Below the pieces are notes generated by a model, which worked only from the letters and a program-made list of their open reading frames with translations, was not told the origin of the DNA and did no database searches. The translations under genes and the position numbers were made by a program. From an uncultured Nitrospiraceae bacterium (lineage in GTDB: Bacteria > Nitrospirota > Nitrospiria > Nitrospirales > Nitrospiraceae), in contig CAVPLT010000004.1 in the NCBI GenBank assembly GCA_963706325.1, positions 864,001 to 928,000 on the forward strand: a stretch of 64,000 nt of DNA, read 5' to 3'. Shown here one piece after another: positions 1-9,194 of this stretch; position 1 is the stretch's first letter, and each line of letters starts with the position of its first letter.

Positions 1-432
1 TGTGCCCAGTCTTGCGACTCCGTTCCACCGGCGCCCGGATGAATCGCAAAGATCGCATTGCTGGAATCCAACTCACCAGATAACAGCAGCTCGATGCGGA
101 ACTGAGCGACGGCCTTCTCAAATTGGCTGAGTTCGTCGATGAGTTCCCCTTCCAGTCCCGGGTCACCTGTTTCCGTCGCCAGTTCGAGCATCGCTTCAAT
201 GTCGCTCTGCCGACGCTCGGTCTCTCGCCAGCGACTCAACTCTCGATCGAGGGTTGCTTTGCGGCGATTGACCTTGGCGGCAGCCTGGGTGTCTTTCCAG
301 AAGTCCGGTTGGGCGGTCTTGGCGTCGATGTCGTTGAGTTCAGCAGTCATCCGAGCCAGGTCAAAGATGCCCCCGTAAGTGAGCTAACTGCTCCCCGAGA
401 GTGCGAACACGGGTCGGGACATCTTCGAACAT
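1..432 (-). CDS. prfB: Peptide chain release factor 2, 5' part, with +1 programmed frameshift; runs off the window edge
   Basis: The minus strand reads ATG(432) + 22 codons ending CGG GGG CAT CTT TGA C (361-375). The +1 frame continues DLARMTAELNDIDAKTAQPDFWKD...NAIFAIHPGAGGTESQDWA, which matches RF2. A GAAAGG SD lies upstream. Confidence 0.97.
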
Positions 433-451
433 GGCACGTTCCTTTCTTGGA

Positions 452-2086
452 TCAGGCTGGTCGACCGGCCGGCTCGCCACCGGCTGGTTCTGTGTCGTGT
501 GAGAAATAGCCCGTCAGGCACAAAAGCGCGGTGAGTATAACACAGGCATATGCAAAGAGATCACCGTATTGCGCGTAAAAGGTCTGTTGATGGCCGATGC
601 TGATCGTCGCCTTCATGGCCTCTTGGGTGAAGATCGAAGACTGTTGCGCAATGTGCCCATAGGGGTCGATGAAGCCGGAGATGCCTGTGTTCGCCGCCCG
701 CGCGAAGGCGACGCGATTTTCCACCGCGCGAAAGACCACCATGCCGAAATGCTGATAGGGCGCTGACGAAGGACCGAACCAGGCATCGTTAGTAATCGTA
801 ATCATGAATTCTGCGCCGTTCGCCGCAAATTGCCGCACGAGGTTGGGGAAAATGACTTCATAGCAGATCACGACACCGAATTTTAGGTGGAAATCCGTGG
901 CTGTGGATCCCGCCGCCATCGGGGGCACCTTCTCCTGCGGTTTGAACATCAACAACGTCGACCCCGGACCGGCCTCAAAATCGCCGATCCCATCCACCAG
1001 TTTGTCCAGGAAGAACAGCAAGGAGTGGTGGAACGGAATGTATTCGCCGAAGGGGACGAGATGTTGTTTGTCATAGCGGCCGAGAATCTGTCCATCCGTC
1101 GCGAGCAGATAGGCGCTGTTGAGCAAAAACGGGCGGCCGTCGGGATATCGTCGTAAGGCGGGACTGCCGAAGAGCAACGGCGCGCCGGCTCTGCGCGCCA
1201 TGTCGATCACGATGGCCCGATACTGCGGTTCCATTTCAAAGACGAAGGGGGTGGCAGCTTCCGGCCAGACAATGAGATCGAGGTCCTCACCCAATCCGGC
1301 GGTGAGACGATCATACCGCGCCATGGTTTCCTGCCGAAACGCGACATCCCATTTTTGGGCCTGTTCGACGTTCGGTTGCACGACACCCACGGAGAGCGTG
1401 CGCGTGGGCGTGTGCTCTGCGGCGGTCAGCAGCGTGGTGCCGTACAGCAGGGCCACGCCGAATCCAGATGCAGCGGCGACGGTGGAAGGCCAAGGAAAGG
1501 CACGAATTTGAAACCCTCGATAGGCTTTGAAGCCCCAGATGATCGTTTCCGCGAGCGCCGCATTCACCAGCACCAACAGGAAGGAGACGCCATAGACGCC
1601 AAAATGATCGGCCAGTTGAATGATCGGGAGCCACTGATACTGGGAATATCCAAAGAGCGCCCATGGCAGGCCGGAGAGAAAGTAGGTACGAATCAATTCC
1701 AGAGTGACCCAGAGAAAGGGGGCGGGCAAAAAGCCTAATGTCGGGAACACCGTTCTGATCCAGGAGAGTCCGCCGGCATAGATGGCCACATAGAGACCGA
1801 GATAGACCGTCAGCAATAACATGACCAATGCCGCGATCGGGAGCGGCACCTTCCCGTACATGTTCATCGCGGTGATGACCCAGAACATGGAGCCGGTAAA
1901 GGCGAGCGTGCCGGCGAGCCATCCAAATCGAAAAGCACGGCCTGGCGACACATATTCGACCGCAACATGAAGGGGTACCAGCGCGAACCAGGCGAGTACA
2001 CCAAGGTCGAAGGCTGGGAATGAGAGTGGATAGAGGAAACCGCTCGCGCAGGCAAGCAGGATGAGGCGTGCGCGGGAAATGGTCAT
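452..2086 (-). CDS. lnt: Apolipoprotein N-acyltransferase
   Basis: N-terminal TM domain with the G(L)PW motif, nitrilase-fold motifs VWPE, YDKQHLVPFGEY, ICYE, ITNDAWF and RAANTGIS. lnt-prfB order is common. Start placed at MTISRAR. Confidence 0.96.
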   Translation of the reverse strand: MTISRARLILLACASGFLYPLSFPAFDLGVLAWFALVPLHVAVEYVSPGRAFRFGWLAGTLAFTGSMFWVITAMNMYGKVPLPIAALVMLLLTVYLGLYVAIYAGGLSWIRTVFPTLGFLPAPFLWVTLELIRTYFLSGLPWALFGYSQYQWLPIIQLADHFGVYGVSFLLVLVNAALAETIIWGFKAYRGFQIRAFPWPSTVAAASGFGVALLYGTTLLTAAEHTPTRTLSVGVVQPNVEQAQKWDVAFRQETMARYDRLTAGLGEDLDLIVWPEAATPFVFEMEPQYRAIVIDMARRAGAPLLFGSPALRRYPDGRPFLLNSAYLLATDGQILGRYDKQHLVPFGEYIPFHHSLLFFLDKLVDGIGDFEAGPGSTLLMFKPQEKVPPMAAGSTATDFHLKFGVVICYEVIFPNLVRQFAANGAEFMITITNDAWFGPSSAPYQHFGMVVFRAVENRVAFARAANTGISGFIDPYGHIAQQSSIFTQEAMKATISIGHQQTFYAQYGDLFAYACVILTALLCLTGYFSHDTEPAGGEPAGRPA

Positions 2087-2215
2087 TGCGCGTAACTTAA
2101 CGAAAGTTCGGAAGAGATTCAACCGTACTGTTTGTCACGATCGCGATGCAGGCAGAAAATAATCACCCAGTCTTTGAATGAGCCGAGTGGAGCAACTCGT
2201 CAGTGCCAGGCTCAA

Positions 2216-2611
2216 CTATCGTCTAAGCCTCCCGCTGAACGAGTGGCCCCCGCCAGAACCGGAGGACACAGGGGCTTGTGGCTGAGGGGTGGCCATTCCT
2301 CTCGGTTGGATAGGCAACAGGGGTGCGGGCGTCAGGAAGCTTGGGGGAGTCGGCGTTCCGAAAGCGGTGGCTGGACCGGACAGGGCGCCGGGAGGTGAGC
2401 TCGATGTGTGTGAAGGAAGGTTGGCCCCTTGGTGACTGACCCCTTTGTGACCGTGAGCATCCGAATAGATCGCTTCATGCCTACCCAAAGGCGCCAGCAT
2501 GCCATGTATACCGGCATGCTGTTGGATGATCGAAGGTTCTGCATAGACTGGTGTAAATTCGATGACGAACAAGACTGCAGAGAGGACGAGTAGGAAGCCG
2601 ATGTATTTCAT
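2216..2611 (-). CDS. Hypothetical secreted Pro/Ser/Gly-rich protein
   Basis: Signal-peptide-like N-terminus (MKYIGFLLVLSAVLFVIEFTPVYA) and a low-complexity mature region. Confidence 0.6.
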   Translation of the reverse strand: MKYIGFLLVLSAVLFVIEFTPVYAEPSIIQQHAGIHGMLAPLGRHEAIYSDAHGHKGVSHQGANLPSHTSSSPPGALSGPATAFGTPTPPSFLTPAPLLPIQPRGMATPQPQAPVSSGSGGGHSFSGRLRR

Positions 2612-3199
2612 GGCGTGTCTCTTGAGAGTGAAAATGACAGGCTATTTCCATCCTACCAACACTTCGTATCAGAACGGGATCGGCATTCTCATTCCGTTTT
2701 GAATAGCCGATCGGCTGCAACCCGCGCCCTCACTTGACTCTTCCCATATTGACCGAGTTTTGAGCGAAGCGTAGACTGTACCTACGACTCGATACCACCC
2801 TTCATGGAGGTGGTCGCATGGTCTTCCGTGGCGAATATGGCCGCCGCTCGGGCCACGCCAGTCTTGTCTCTTCCACCTTCACATCTCAGCAGTCTCAGTG
2901 CCTGCTCGAGCAGGACCCACGCGGGATTGCCTCCTATCTCGTAGCACAGCGGAACGGTCCCGCTAGAAATCACACCTGCGCGCGCTTATCTATTAGGGAC
3001 GGACCTTTCACGCAGGACAATCAACCTCGGTCCGTTCTCCCCCGATCCTCATATCACCGCTGTCTGGTCCACCCTACTCTACAGGAGGACACCTCTATGA
3101 GAAAACGACAGGAAGGCTGTGTGCATCGGACTCAGGCGCGACGGCAGCCTGCCTGTTTGCCACGCGTCGAATTTTACCCGAGGCAGGGAGGAGGGCATC

Positions 3200-4147
3200 A
3201 TGGGACGGAAATTTGACCATGTTGATGTCATGGCGGCTATCGGATTGGTCGCCACGCTGTTTGGAGGGTATCTCTTCGTCACTGCCGCCGACGGATTCTG
3301 GCAGGCGCCTTCAATCAACACCATGACCACTGCCGTAGTCAGTAATGGCCCATCCACCGGAATGGAGTACTTACAACCGGTACTGGGGCAGACCATTCTT
3401 CAGGATATTCTGCTCGACCGTCATGCTGGTGCGGCAGTATCAACCTCCGCGATGGAATTGAATGACGCTGTCAGTGAGTATCAACGAATATCTACCACCC
3501 TCTTGAGTCCGCTGGTATTGGCGGAGTTGGCGGCGTTCGGCCAGGAAGCCGACCATCGTTCGCGCCTGCAGTTCGTGATGGGCAAGTCCATCGTCAATCA
3601 GACTCGTCGCGGCATCACGAGCGGGATCCTCTCGGCCGACCAATACGCGAACGACTTCAACACCAGGCTGATTCGGACGGCTGAGCTCACAGGGCAGCGC
3701 ATGCATGATCAGTACGAAGTCACACGACAGGCGGCGCTTGGTCGATCGATCGTCGAGGCGATCCAGGAAGAAAATCGATTGGCGACGACGACGCAGGAGC
3801 GGATCGGCCGGGCGGTCATGCAGGTCACTCAGGCGCAGGGGTTCTATGGAGAAGCTAAAGCCGCATTGCAGACTCAACTCGCAAGCGCAGCCATTGCGGC
3901 TGTGCGTAGTCATGCGGTGATGGATCGGTTGGCCCTGTCGGAGGAGATGCCGATTGAACGGAGCATGGTTGCGTATCACACGAATGCTTCCGCAGACGTC
4001 TCTCGTGAGTCATTGATCCTCGCTTGTCTGGCACTGATCGCCCTCTTCGTCGGCGGTCTGGCGTTCGGTACCAGAAGAAGCGATGTTGAGAGTATTCCGA
4101 TATGGAAATTGGAAACACTCCTGCAGCTACATCGTTCCAGTAGATAA
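3200..4147 (+). CDS. Hypothetical membrane-anchored helical protein
   Basis: GGAGGAGG SD before ATG 3200, N- and C-terminal TM segments, and an internal QxxLGxxI-like repeat. Confidence 0.75.
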   Translation: MGRKFDHVDVMAAIGLVATLFGGYLFVTAADGFWQAPSINTMTTAVVSNGPSTGMEYLQPVLGQTILQDILLDRHAGAAVSTSAMELNDAVSEYQRISTTLLSPLVLAELAAFGQEADHRSRLQFVMGKSIVNQTRRGITSGILSADQYANDFNTRLIRTAELTGQRMHDQYEVTRQAALGRSIVEAIQEENRLATTTQERIGRAVMQVTQAQGFYGEAKAALQTQLASAAIAAVRSHAVMDRLALSEEMPIERSMVAYHTNASADVSRESLILACLALIALFVGGLAFGTRRSDVESIPIWKLETLLQLHRSSR

Positions 4148-4154
4148 TCGTGCA

Positions 4155-4179
4155 CCCTGGGAGCCGTCGGCTCCCAGGG
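4155..4179. repeat. Perfect 11-bp inverted repeat (intergenic hairpin)
   Basis: CCCTGGGAGCC-GTC-GGCTCCCAGGG. There is no U-tract, so it may be a stabilising hairpin rather than an intrinsic terminator. Confidence 0.7.
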
Positions 4180-4198
4180 GTGTCAGAGGAGGTCAATC

Positions 4199-4321
4199 AT
4201 GTCTTGGGAAAACTGGGCCGTGGCAATCGGGCTCGGTGCGCTCCTTATGATGTTCTTCGTCCTGATGGAGCTATTCTTCTCGGGCGGGCGATATCCGATG
4301 GACCATTCGCATCGGAAATAA
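4199..4321 (+). CDS. Small single-pass membrane protein (40 aa), not in the ORF track
   Basis: GAGGAGG SD, then MSWENWAVAIGLGALLMMFFVLMELFFSGGRYPMDHSHRK*. Confidence 0.7.
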   Translation: MSWENWAVAIGLGALLMMFFVLMELFFSGGRYPMDHSHRK

Positions 4322-4363
4322 GAGAAGTGGCGGAGTGATTGTGGGCGACTCACGGCCGAAGCT

Positions 4364-4702
4364 TTAATTCAGACAGGACCACAGGCCAGGAAGCATGACC
4401 TTTGCCATCGCTTTGAGTTCGGATTCCGATTGCGGTGGAACGCCGGAAAGAGCAATCCCAAAATCTTTTCCTTTGGCCCATCGTACTGTGCCCCGGCGGA
4501 TTAACATTGGAATATCGGGAGTAGGTTGAATGACGATGACAACCAATTCCATCCCCACACTCACCAGCTCTTGACCTCGAATTCGACCTCCTGATGCGGT
4601 AATATCCTCGGTCACGCCGATCGTCTGAAAGGTCCCATTAGAATAATAAATCGGACATTGAGCCGGAATGCGACGAGGCTCACGTTCACGATAAGCGTTC
4701 AT
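4364..4702 (-). CDS. PilZ domain protein
   Basis: RxxxR-like motif (REREPRR), DITASG (DxSxxG-like), and GTVRW...FGI. Confidence 0.8.
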   Translation of the reverse strand: MNAYREREPRRIPAQCPIYYSNGTFQTIGVTEDITASGGRIRGQELVSVGMELVVIVIQPTPDIPMLIRRGTVRWAKGKDFGIALSGVPPQSESELKAMAKVMLPGLWSCLN

Positions 4703-5139
4703 CTGGAGAGCATTCCTTTCCTCGGGCGATGACGGCGCACCACCTGCATCAATGCCAAACCAGGGGCAGGGCAGGAATATTTCTCCTGCCACAACACGAG
4801 CGTCGCGGCCATTATTCCCCCCAACGTATCGCTCATAAGGTCGTGTAGCGACGTTTCACGACCAGGTGCCGAGCCCTGTGCCACCTCCGTCCACAAGCCG
4901 AATACCATTGATAGCAAGATGCCGCACAACATGGCATAGGATAGGGGCCAGCCTCGTCGGCGAAAACCCTGAATGAGTAACCAGGCCAGAGTCCCATAGG
5001 CCGGCACATGGGCCATATCCCTCCAGTTTTCGGGAACCAATGAGATGAGTGTGCCGTGGAAGCCGATGCCTGGCGAAGCGACGGCGAGACCGACCAGAAA
5101 AAACATGTAACCCAAAATGAGGGCGACAACAAGAACCAT
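4699..5139 (-). CDS. VanZ family membrane protein
   Basis: DMAHVPAYG, WTEVAQ..PGRETSLHDLMSDTLG, the pattern typical of VanZ-like proteins. Confidence 0.8.
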   Translation of the reverse strand: MVLVVALILGYMFFLVGLAVASPGIGFHGTLISLVPENWRDMAHVPAYGTLAWLLIQGFRRRGWPLSYAMLCGILLSMVFGLWTEVAQGSAPGRETSLHDLMSDTLGGIMAATLVLWQEKYSCPAPGLALMQVVRRHRPRKGMLSR

Positions 5140-5301
5140 GTGGGGATCCTTTCGTGGGTTTACATGACCTTCCGCAGAGTACTGCGGTAGTTGTCTTAGG
5201 CGCCAGCCGTCATTGGGCCGAGGGCCTTATGCTTTCGAGGGGCGCAGAACGCTGTCAATTGAAAATGGGGATGAAGCAGACTGTCGGACAGGTAATGAGG
5301 G

Positions 5302-5814
5302 TTAGGTCGTTTTCCCAGGCTTCTGATGAAGCCACTGCTCTGGATTTCTCGAACAAGCTTGATAGGCCTGGCCAAATCCCAGGACCAGGTGGGCATCAGT
5401 CATCCGCAGTTTCCACAAAGCAAAGTCTTCGAATCCAAACATCAGCTGTGACTGAGGGAACTTCAATACGTACAGCTGCTTCACAGTTTCGTACGCCGCA
5501 TCCGTGGAGGGTAGGATCACTGCGTCACCCTGCAGGTTAACGCGCTGCAGGGCCGATGGATTTTTCCCTGGCTTGTCTGGCTCGGCAATAAATAGACTGA
5601 CCCGTGAATCTGCCGATACATGTTGTGTGTGAAGCGCGAGTCGACTCAGATGGAGATACACGCGAGACCAGTTGTTTCCAAACACGTAGGGCACATGAGA
5701 GCCGAACGGATGGCCGTCTCGCAGGGTCAGTAAAACCCCAGTGCGTACCTCATTAACCAACTGTGCCAAAGCAGCTCGAACCTCGTCACTCGACATCGTA
5801 TCCGGCATAGACAT
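5302..5814 (-). CDS. Pyridoxamine 5'-phosphate oxidase-like (HugZ/HutZ-like) split-barrel protein
   Basis: GHPFGSHVPY, LHLSRLALHT, RVSLFI, RVNLQG, DFALW, and LVLGFGQAY. Confidence 0.85.
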   Translation of the reverse strand: MSMPDTMSSDEVRAALAQLVNEVRTGVLLTLRDGHPFGSHVPYVFGNNWSRVYLHLSRLALHTQHVSADSRVSLFIAEPDKPGKNPSALQRVNLQGDAVILPSTDAAYETVKQLYVLKFPQSQLMFGFEDFALWKLRMTDAHLVLGFGQAYQACSRNPEQWLHQKPGKTT

Positions 5815-5994
5815 CGACAGACCTCCACGTCAGCATACTGTAGCGACTCCCCAGAATTGTCCAGATATTGGGGGGTAAACACCCCTCCCATCTCCCGCCT
5901 CAACCGTCTTCCCTTTGCGTCCAGAACGACGACAGGGTAACATGAGCGGCGGTCGAACATGTTAGAAGAGTGAAGATTGAAAGGGAGACACACT

Positions 5995-6399
5995 ATGAGA
6001 GACATGCGGCGGGGATGGTTACTGGTAGCCCTCTGTATCATGATGGGGTGGAGCGGCTGCGGTGGCGGCAAGCAAGCGGAGATTCAAGAAGACCGGCTTA
6101 CCGTCGGGCGTGTACAGGGCGAAGTGAAAGTTGGAATGTCTGCAGCTCAAGTGGCGGAACTGCTGGGATCGCCGAACATCGTGACCACGGATGATAAGCG
6201 TCGGGAGGTCTGGATTTACGACAAAGTGTCGACGGATCGTGTCGATACCGCGAGTTCCTCCTATGCCGGGCTCATCATTCTGGGGACCAACTCCAGTGAC
6301 CGCTCAAGCTCGCAAAGGCAGCGCACTCTCACTATCATAATAAAGTACGACGAAGACAAAAAGGTTCGGGACTTTGCCTACAACTCCACTCAATTCTGA
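5995..6399 (+). CDS. BamE/SmpA-OmlA domain lipoprotein
   Basis: Lipobox-like WSGC and the motif VKVGMSAAQVAELLGSPN...EVWIY...LTIIIKYDEDKKV. Confidence 0.75.
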   Translation: MRDMRRGWLLVALCIMMGWSGCGGGKQAEIQEDRLTVGRVQGEVKVGMSAAQVAELLGSPNIVTTDDKRREVWIYDKVSTDRVDTASSSYAGLIILGTNSSDRSSSQRQRTLTIIIKYDEDKKVRDFAYNSTQF

Positions 6400-6994
6400 G
6401 TGCTCAGGTTGGCTCACGCCGCGTCTGCTCATGTGTATTTTGCTGAGTGTGGCGGTGCCGGTGGTGGCCGCCGGCTGTGTGCGGCAACATACACAACCGT
6501 CGGAGCTATTCCAGCTCTCACCGGAAAGTAACGCCAACCGCGCGATGCAGACTCGTTTCTTCGAGACGACGAACGACAAAGAGCTACTTTCCGCTTCAGC
6601 CGCTGCCTTGCAGGATCTTGGGTTCCAGGTAGAAGAAAGCGTACGGGAGGTGGGTTTTCTGCGGGCTGCCAAGGAACGCAGCGCGCGTGAATATGGCCAA
6701 TACCTCAATCAGTTTTTCGTCTGGCTCCTCTCGCTCGGTCACCTGATCATGCCGGTCGATTTGCATCAGAAAGTAGCCGCCACCATCGTGACGCGTCCAC
6801 TGAACCAAGACGGCTCGCGGCAAGAAGTTCGGATCATGTTTTACCGGGTCCTGTGGAAGGGGGAGGGGCAAGCCGACCGTAATTACATTCCGCCCGGTGA
6901 GCAAAAAATGGAAATGATCCGCGATCCGGAAATTTATCAGCAATTTTTTGCGAAGCTTTCCAAAGCGGTGTTTTTGGAACCGCATGCGATTTAA
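6374..6994 (+). CDS. Uncharacterised lipoprotein, paralogue 1 (start uncertain; alternative 6431)
   Basis: Lipobox AAGC. Shares QTRxF, LQDLGF and DPxxYQxFF motifs with the next two ORFs. Confidence 0.8.
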   Translation: MPTTPLNSECSGWLTPRLLMCILLSVAVPVVAAGCVRQHTQPSELFQLSPESNANRAMQTRFFETTNDKELLSASAAALQDLGFQVEESVREVGFLRAAKERSAREYGQYLNQFFVWLLSLGHLIMPVDLHQKVAATIVTRPLNQDGSRQEVRIMFYRVLWKGEGQADRNYIPPGEQKMEMIRDPEIYQQFFAKLSKAVFLEPHAI

Positions 6995-7006
6995 CTGCGA
7001 GGATTC

Positions 7007-7444
7007 ATGAGCTGGATACGAAAGCTAGGGGCAGGGGCAATCGTCACGGGGTGTCTGATGCTGTACGGTTGCACGGCGCCGGAACCGCGCAAGGAGCTCT
7101 TCGCGCCGACCGAGGCGCAAATGAAAATCCGCAGCGCGCAAACTCGCACATTCGAGGTGCAGGATCGCACCGTGGCCATGCGCGGCGTCATCGCGGCGCT
7201 ACAGGACTTGGGATTTATTATTGAACGCGCGAATGAGCCGTTAGGCTTGGTCACGGCGGCGCGGTTTGCCGAGCCAAATTACTATGATGTGCTTGGCGTA
7301 ACGGTCACTGTACGGCCACAAGGCGACGGAAAGACCATGATCCGCGCCAACGCCATCTATAATAACAAGCCGATCGAGGACCCGAAGGTGTACCAGAACT
7401 TCTTTGCGGCGGTGGAACGCTCGCTTTTTCTGACAAAGGACTAA
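7007..7444 (+). CDS. Uncharacterised lipoprotein, paralogue 2
   Basis: Lipobox LYGC; motifs AQTRTF, LQDLGF and DPKVYQNFF. Confidence 0.85.
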   Translation: MSWIRKLGAGAIVTGCLMLYGCTAPEPRKELFAPTEAQMKIRSAQTRTFEVQDRTVAMRGVIAALQDLGFIIERANEPLGLVTAARFAEPNYYDVLGVTVTVRPQGDGKTMIRANAIYNNKPIEDPKVYQNFFAAVERSLFLTKD

Positions 7445-7447
7445 GGA

Positions 7448-8047
7448 GTGAGTACGACATCCGGCAGTGCGACCTCTCAATTGGGCGTCATCCATTCAAG
7501 GTGGATCGCATGTCTGCTGACACTCGCTGGAATGATAACCGGATGTTCGCCCTACGAATGGCGGCATGAGAATCAATGGGAGTCCCGCGATCAAATCTGG
7601 TTGTCCGAAGCCAGCCAAGTAAAAGTCCGTGCCGCACAAAGCCGAATCTTTGACACCACTGACCGTCCCAGGACCCTTCAAGCCGTGGTGTCCACGTTTC
7701 AAGATCTAGGTTTTTCCGTGGAAGTATTGGACGAAGAACTCGGCATCGTGTCCGGCAAGAAGTTCGAGGATTATGAAGCCTCGGAATGGGGTGATCCATC
7801 CTACTATACGTATCGGGACGACGGACTTCTGATTCTCACCAGGCAGTTTCGCAGTTGGGGACCCTTCTACCACCGGAGCGACCTTGTCCGCCTTACCGCA
7901 ACCGTTCGGCCACGCGGTGATCAGCAGCTGGTGGTGCGCGCCAGCGCGCAGTATTATTTGAAGGCCATTGAATCTCCCGAACCCTATCAGCAGTTCTTTC
8001 GCACACTGGAGCAGGCGCTTTTCCTTCAGGCCAACAACGCGCAATAG
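7448..8047 (+). CDS. Uncharacterised lipoprotein, paralogue 3
   Basis: Lipobox ITGC; motifs AQSRIF, FQDLGF and SPEPYQQFF. Confidence 0.8.
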   Translation: MSTTSGSATSQLGVIHSRWIACLLTLAGMITGCSPYEWRHENQWESRDQIWLSEASQVKVRAAQSRIFDTTDRPRTLQAVVSTFQDLGFSVEVLDEELGIVSGKKFEDYEASEWGDPSYYTYRDDGLLILTRQFRSWGPFYHRSDLVRLTATVRPRGDQQLVVRASAQYYLKAIESPEPYQQFFRTLEQALFLQANNAQ

Positions 8048-8639
8048 GAGTTCCTTCGGATGATTCAGTTCAGCGCATGAGCAGATCGGCACTCTTGCCG
8101 CTCTTGGCTCTTGAGAGGGTGAGTAGCGATACTGAAGCTCGATCCCTGTCACACTCACCGCAAAGTCGCATCATCCATCCATCTCCACGTTGATCGTTCA
8201 ACTATGGGTTTTCGAACCCCACCGCGAGTGCTCGTCGGCATACCATTTCCCCCGGTGTTGATTGCTTTCAGCGAGGTCGAGATATCTCAGGCGTCACAGG
8301 AACCCTGTGAACATTCAGGTCGCCCTTCGGCAATGCGCAGGTGCATTATTGAGGTTGAGGTGCTTAATCCACGTCGCGACTCAACCCAACACGGCCGGAC
8401 GACGTTGCTGTCTGCGCGAGTTAGGCCCGTAGCGCCATCTGTCGGAGAAACGCTCCTGTATTCTCATTTGCGCCAGCGATGAACTCGGCGTTTGTCGGAA
8501 AGGGTGTGATAGTACTCGGGGGGTATGATGGCCGGCTTCGTTTTGCGGTGTGACGGTCCTCTCGAGCAGGAGGCTTGACTGTTGATGGTTGTCGGCCTAG
8601 CCTGTGTGGCATATTTACCATCCAACCAGGGAGGTCGTT

Positions 8640-8843
8640 ATGTCTGTTGCACGCGTGACGGAAATTATTGCCGCTTCGCCCAAGAGTTTTGACGATGCCA
8701 TTCACCTCGGCATCGCCCGCGCAAATAAAACGCTACAGAATGTGAAGAGCGCCTGGATCGAAGACCAGAAGGTGGATATTGAGGATGGGAAGATCACGCA
8801 GTACCGTGTGGCACTGAAAGTCACGTTTGTTCTGAAAGATTAA
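8640..8843 (+). CDS. Dodecin family protein
   Basis: MSVARVTEIIAASPKSFDDAI...A.KTL.NV...YRVALKVTF, with a GGGAGG SD. Confidence 0.92.
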   Translation: MSVARVTEIIAASPKSFDDAIHLGIARANKTLQNVKSAWIEDQKVDIEDGKITQYRVALKVTFVLKD

Positions 8844-8860
8844 GGAATTAGAGGAACAAC

Positions 8861-9037
8861 ATGAAGAATGTGGAAATGACCGTCGAAGGAACTCTATTGA
8901 CCATCAAGGTCGATCTCTCAAAAGAGTTCGGACCGTCAGCCTCTGGGAAGACTATTATCATTGCCTCGACAGAAGGCAATGTCACCATTCCTAACCGAGA
9001 GGAAAAAATCGGGCTCAATGTCTATCGAAAAAAATAG
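8861..9037 (+). CDS. Small hypothetical protein (58 aa), not in the ORF track
   Basis: GAGG SD; MKNVEMTVEGTLLTIKVDLSKEFGPSASGKTIIIASTEGNVTIPNREEKIGLNVYRKK*. Confidence 0.85.
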   Translation: MKNVEMTVEGTLLTIKVDLSKEFGPSASGKTIIIASTEGNVTIPNREEKIGLNVYRKK

Positions 9038-9194
9038 CATCTGTGATCGATAGAAATGATGAGGGGATAGCTCAGGGAGACTGCGCGCGATTGACTCCGA
9101 CGTCGGGCGCGGCGGTATTCGGGGGTTGGCTTCTTGTTGTAATAGGATAGTGCCTGATTAGGAAGTAGAACGGCCGAACGATTTCACTGGTTCG

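Noticed and set aside
123..509. Plus-strand ORFs 123-509 and 139-378
   Set aside because: They are shadows of prfB on the minus strand.
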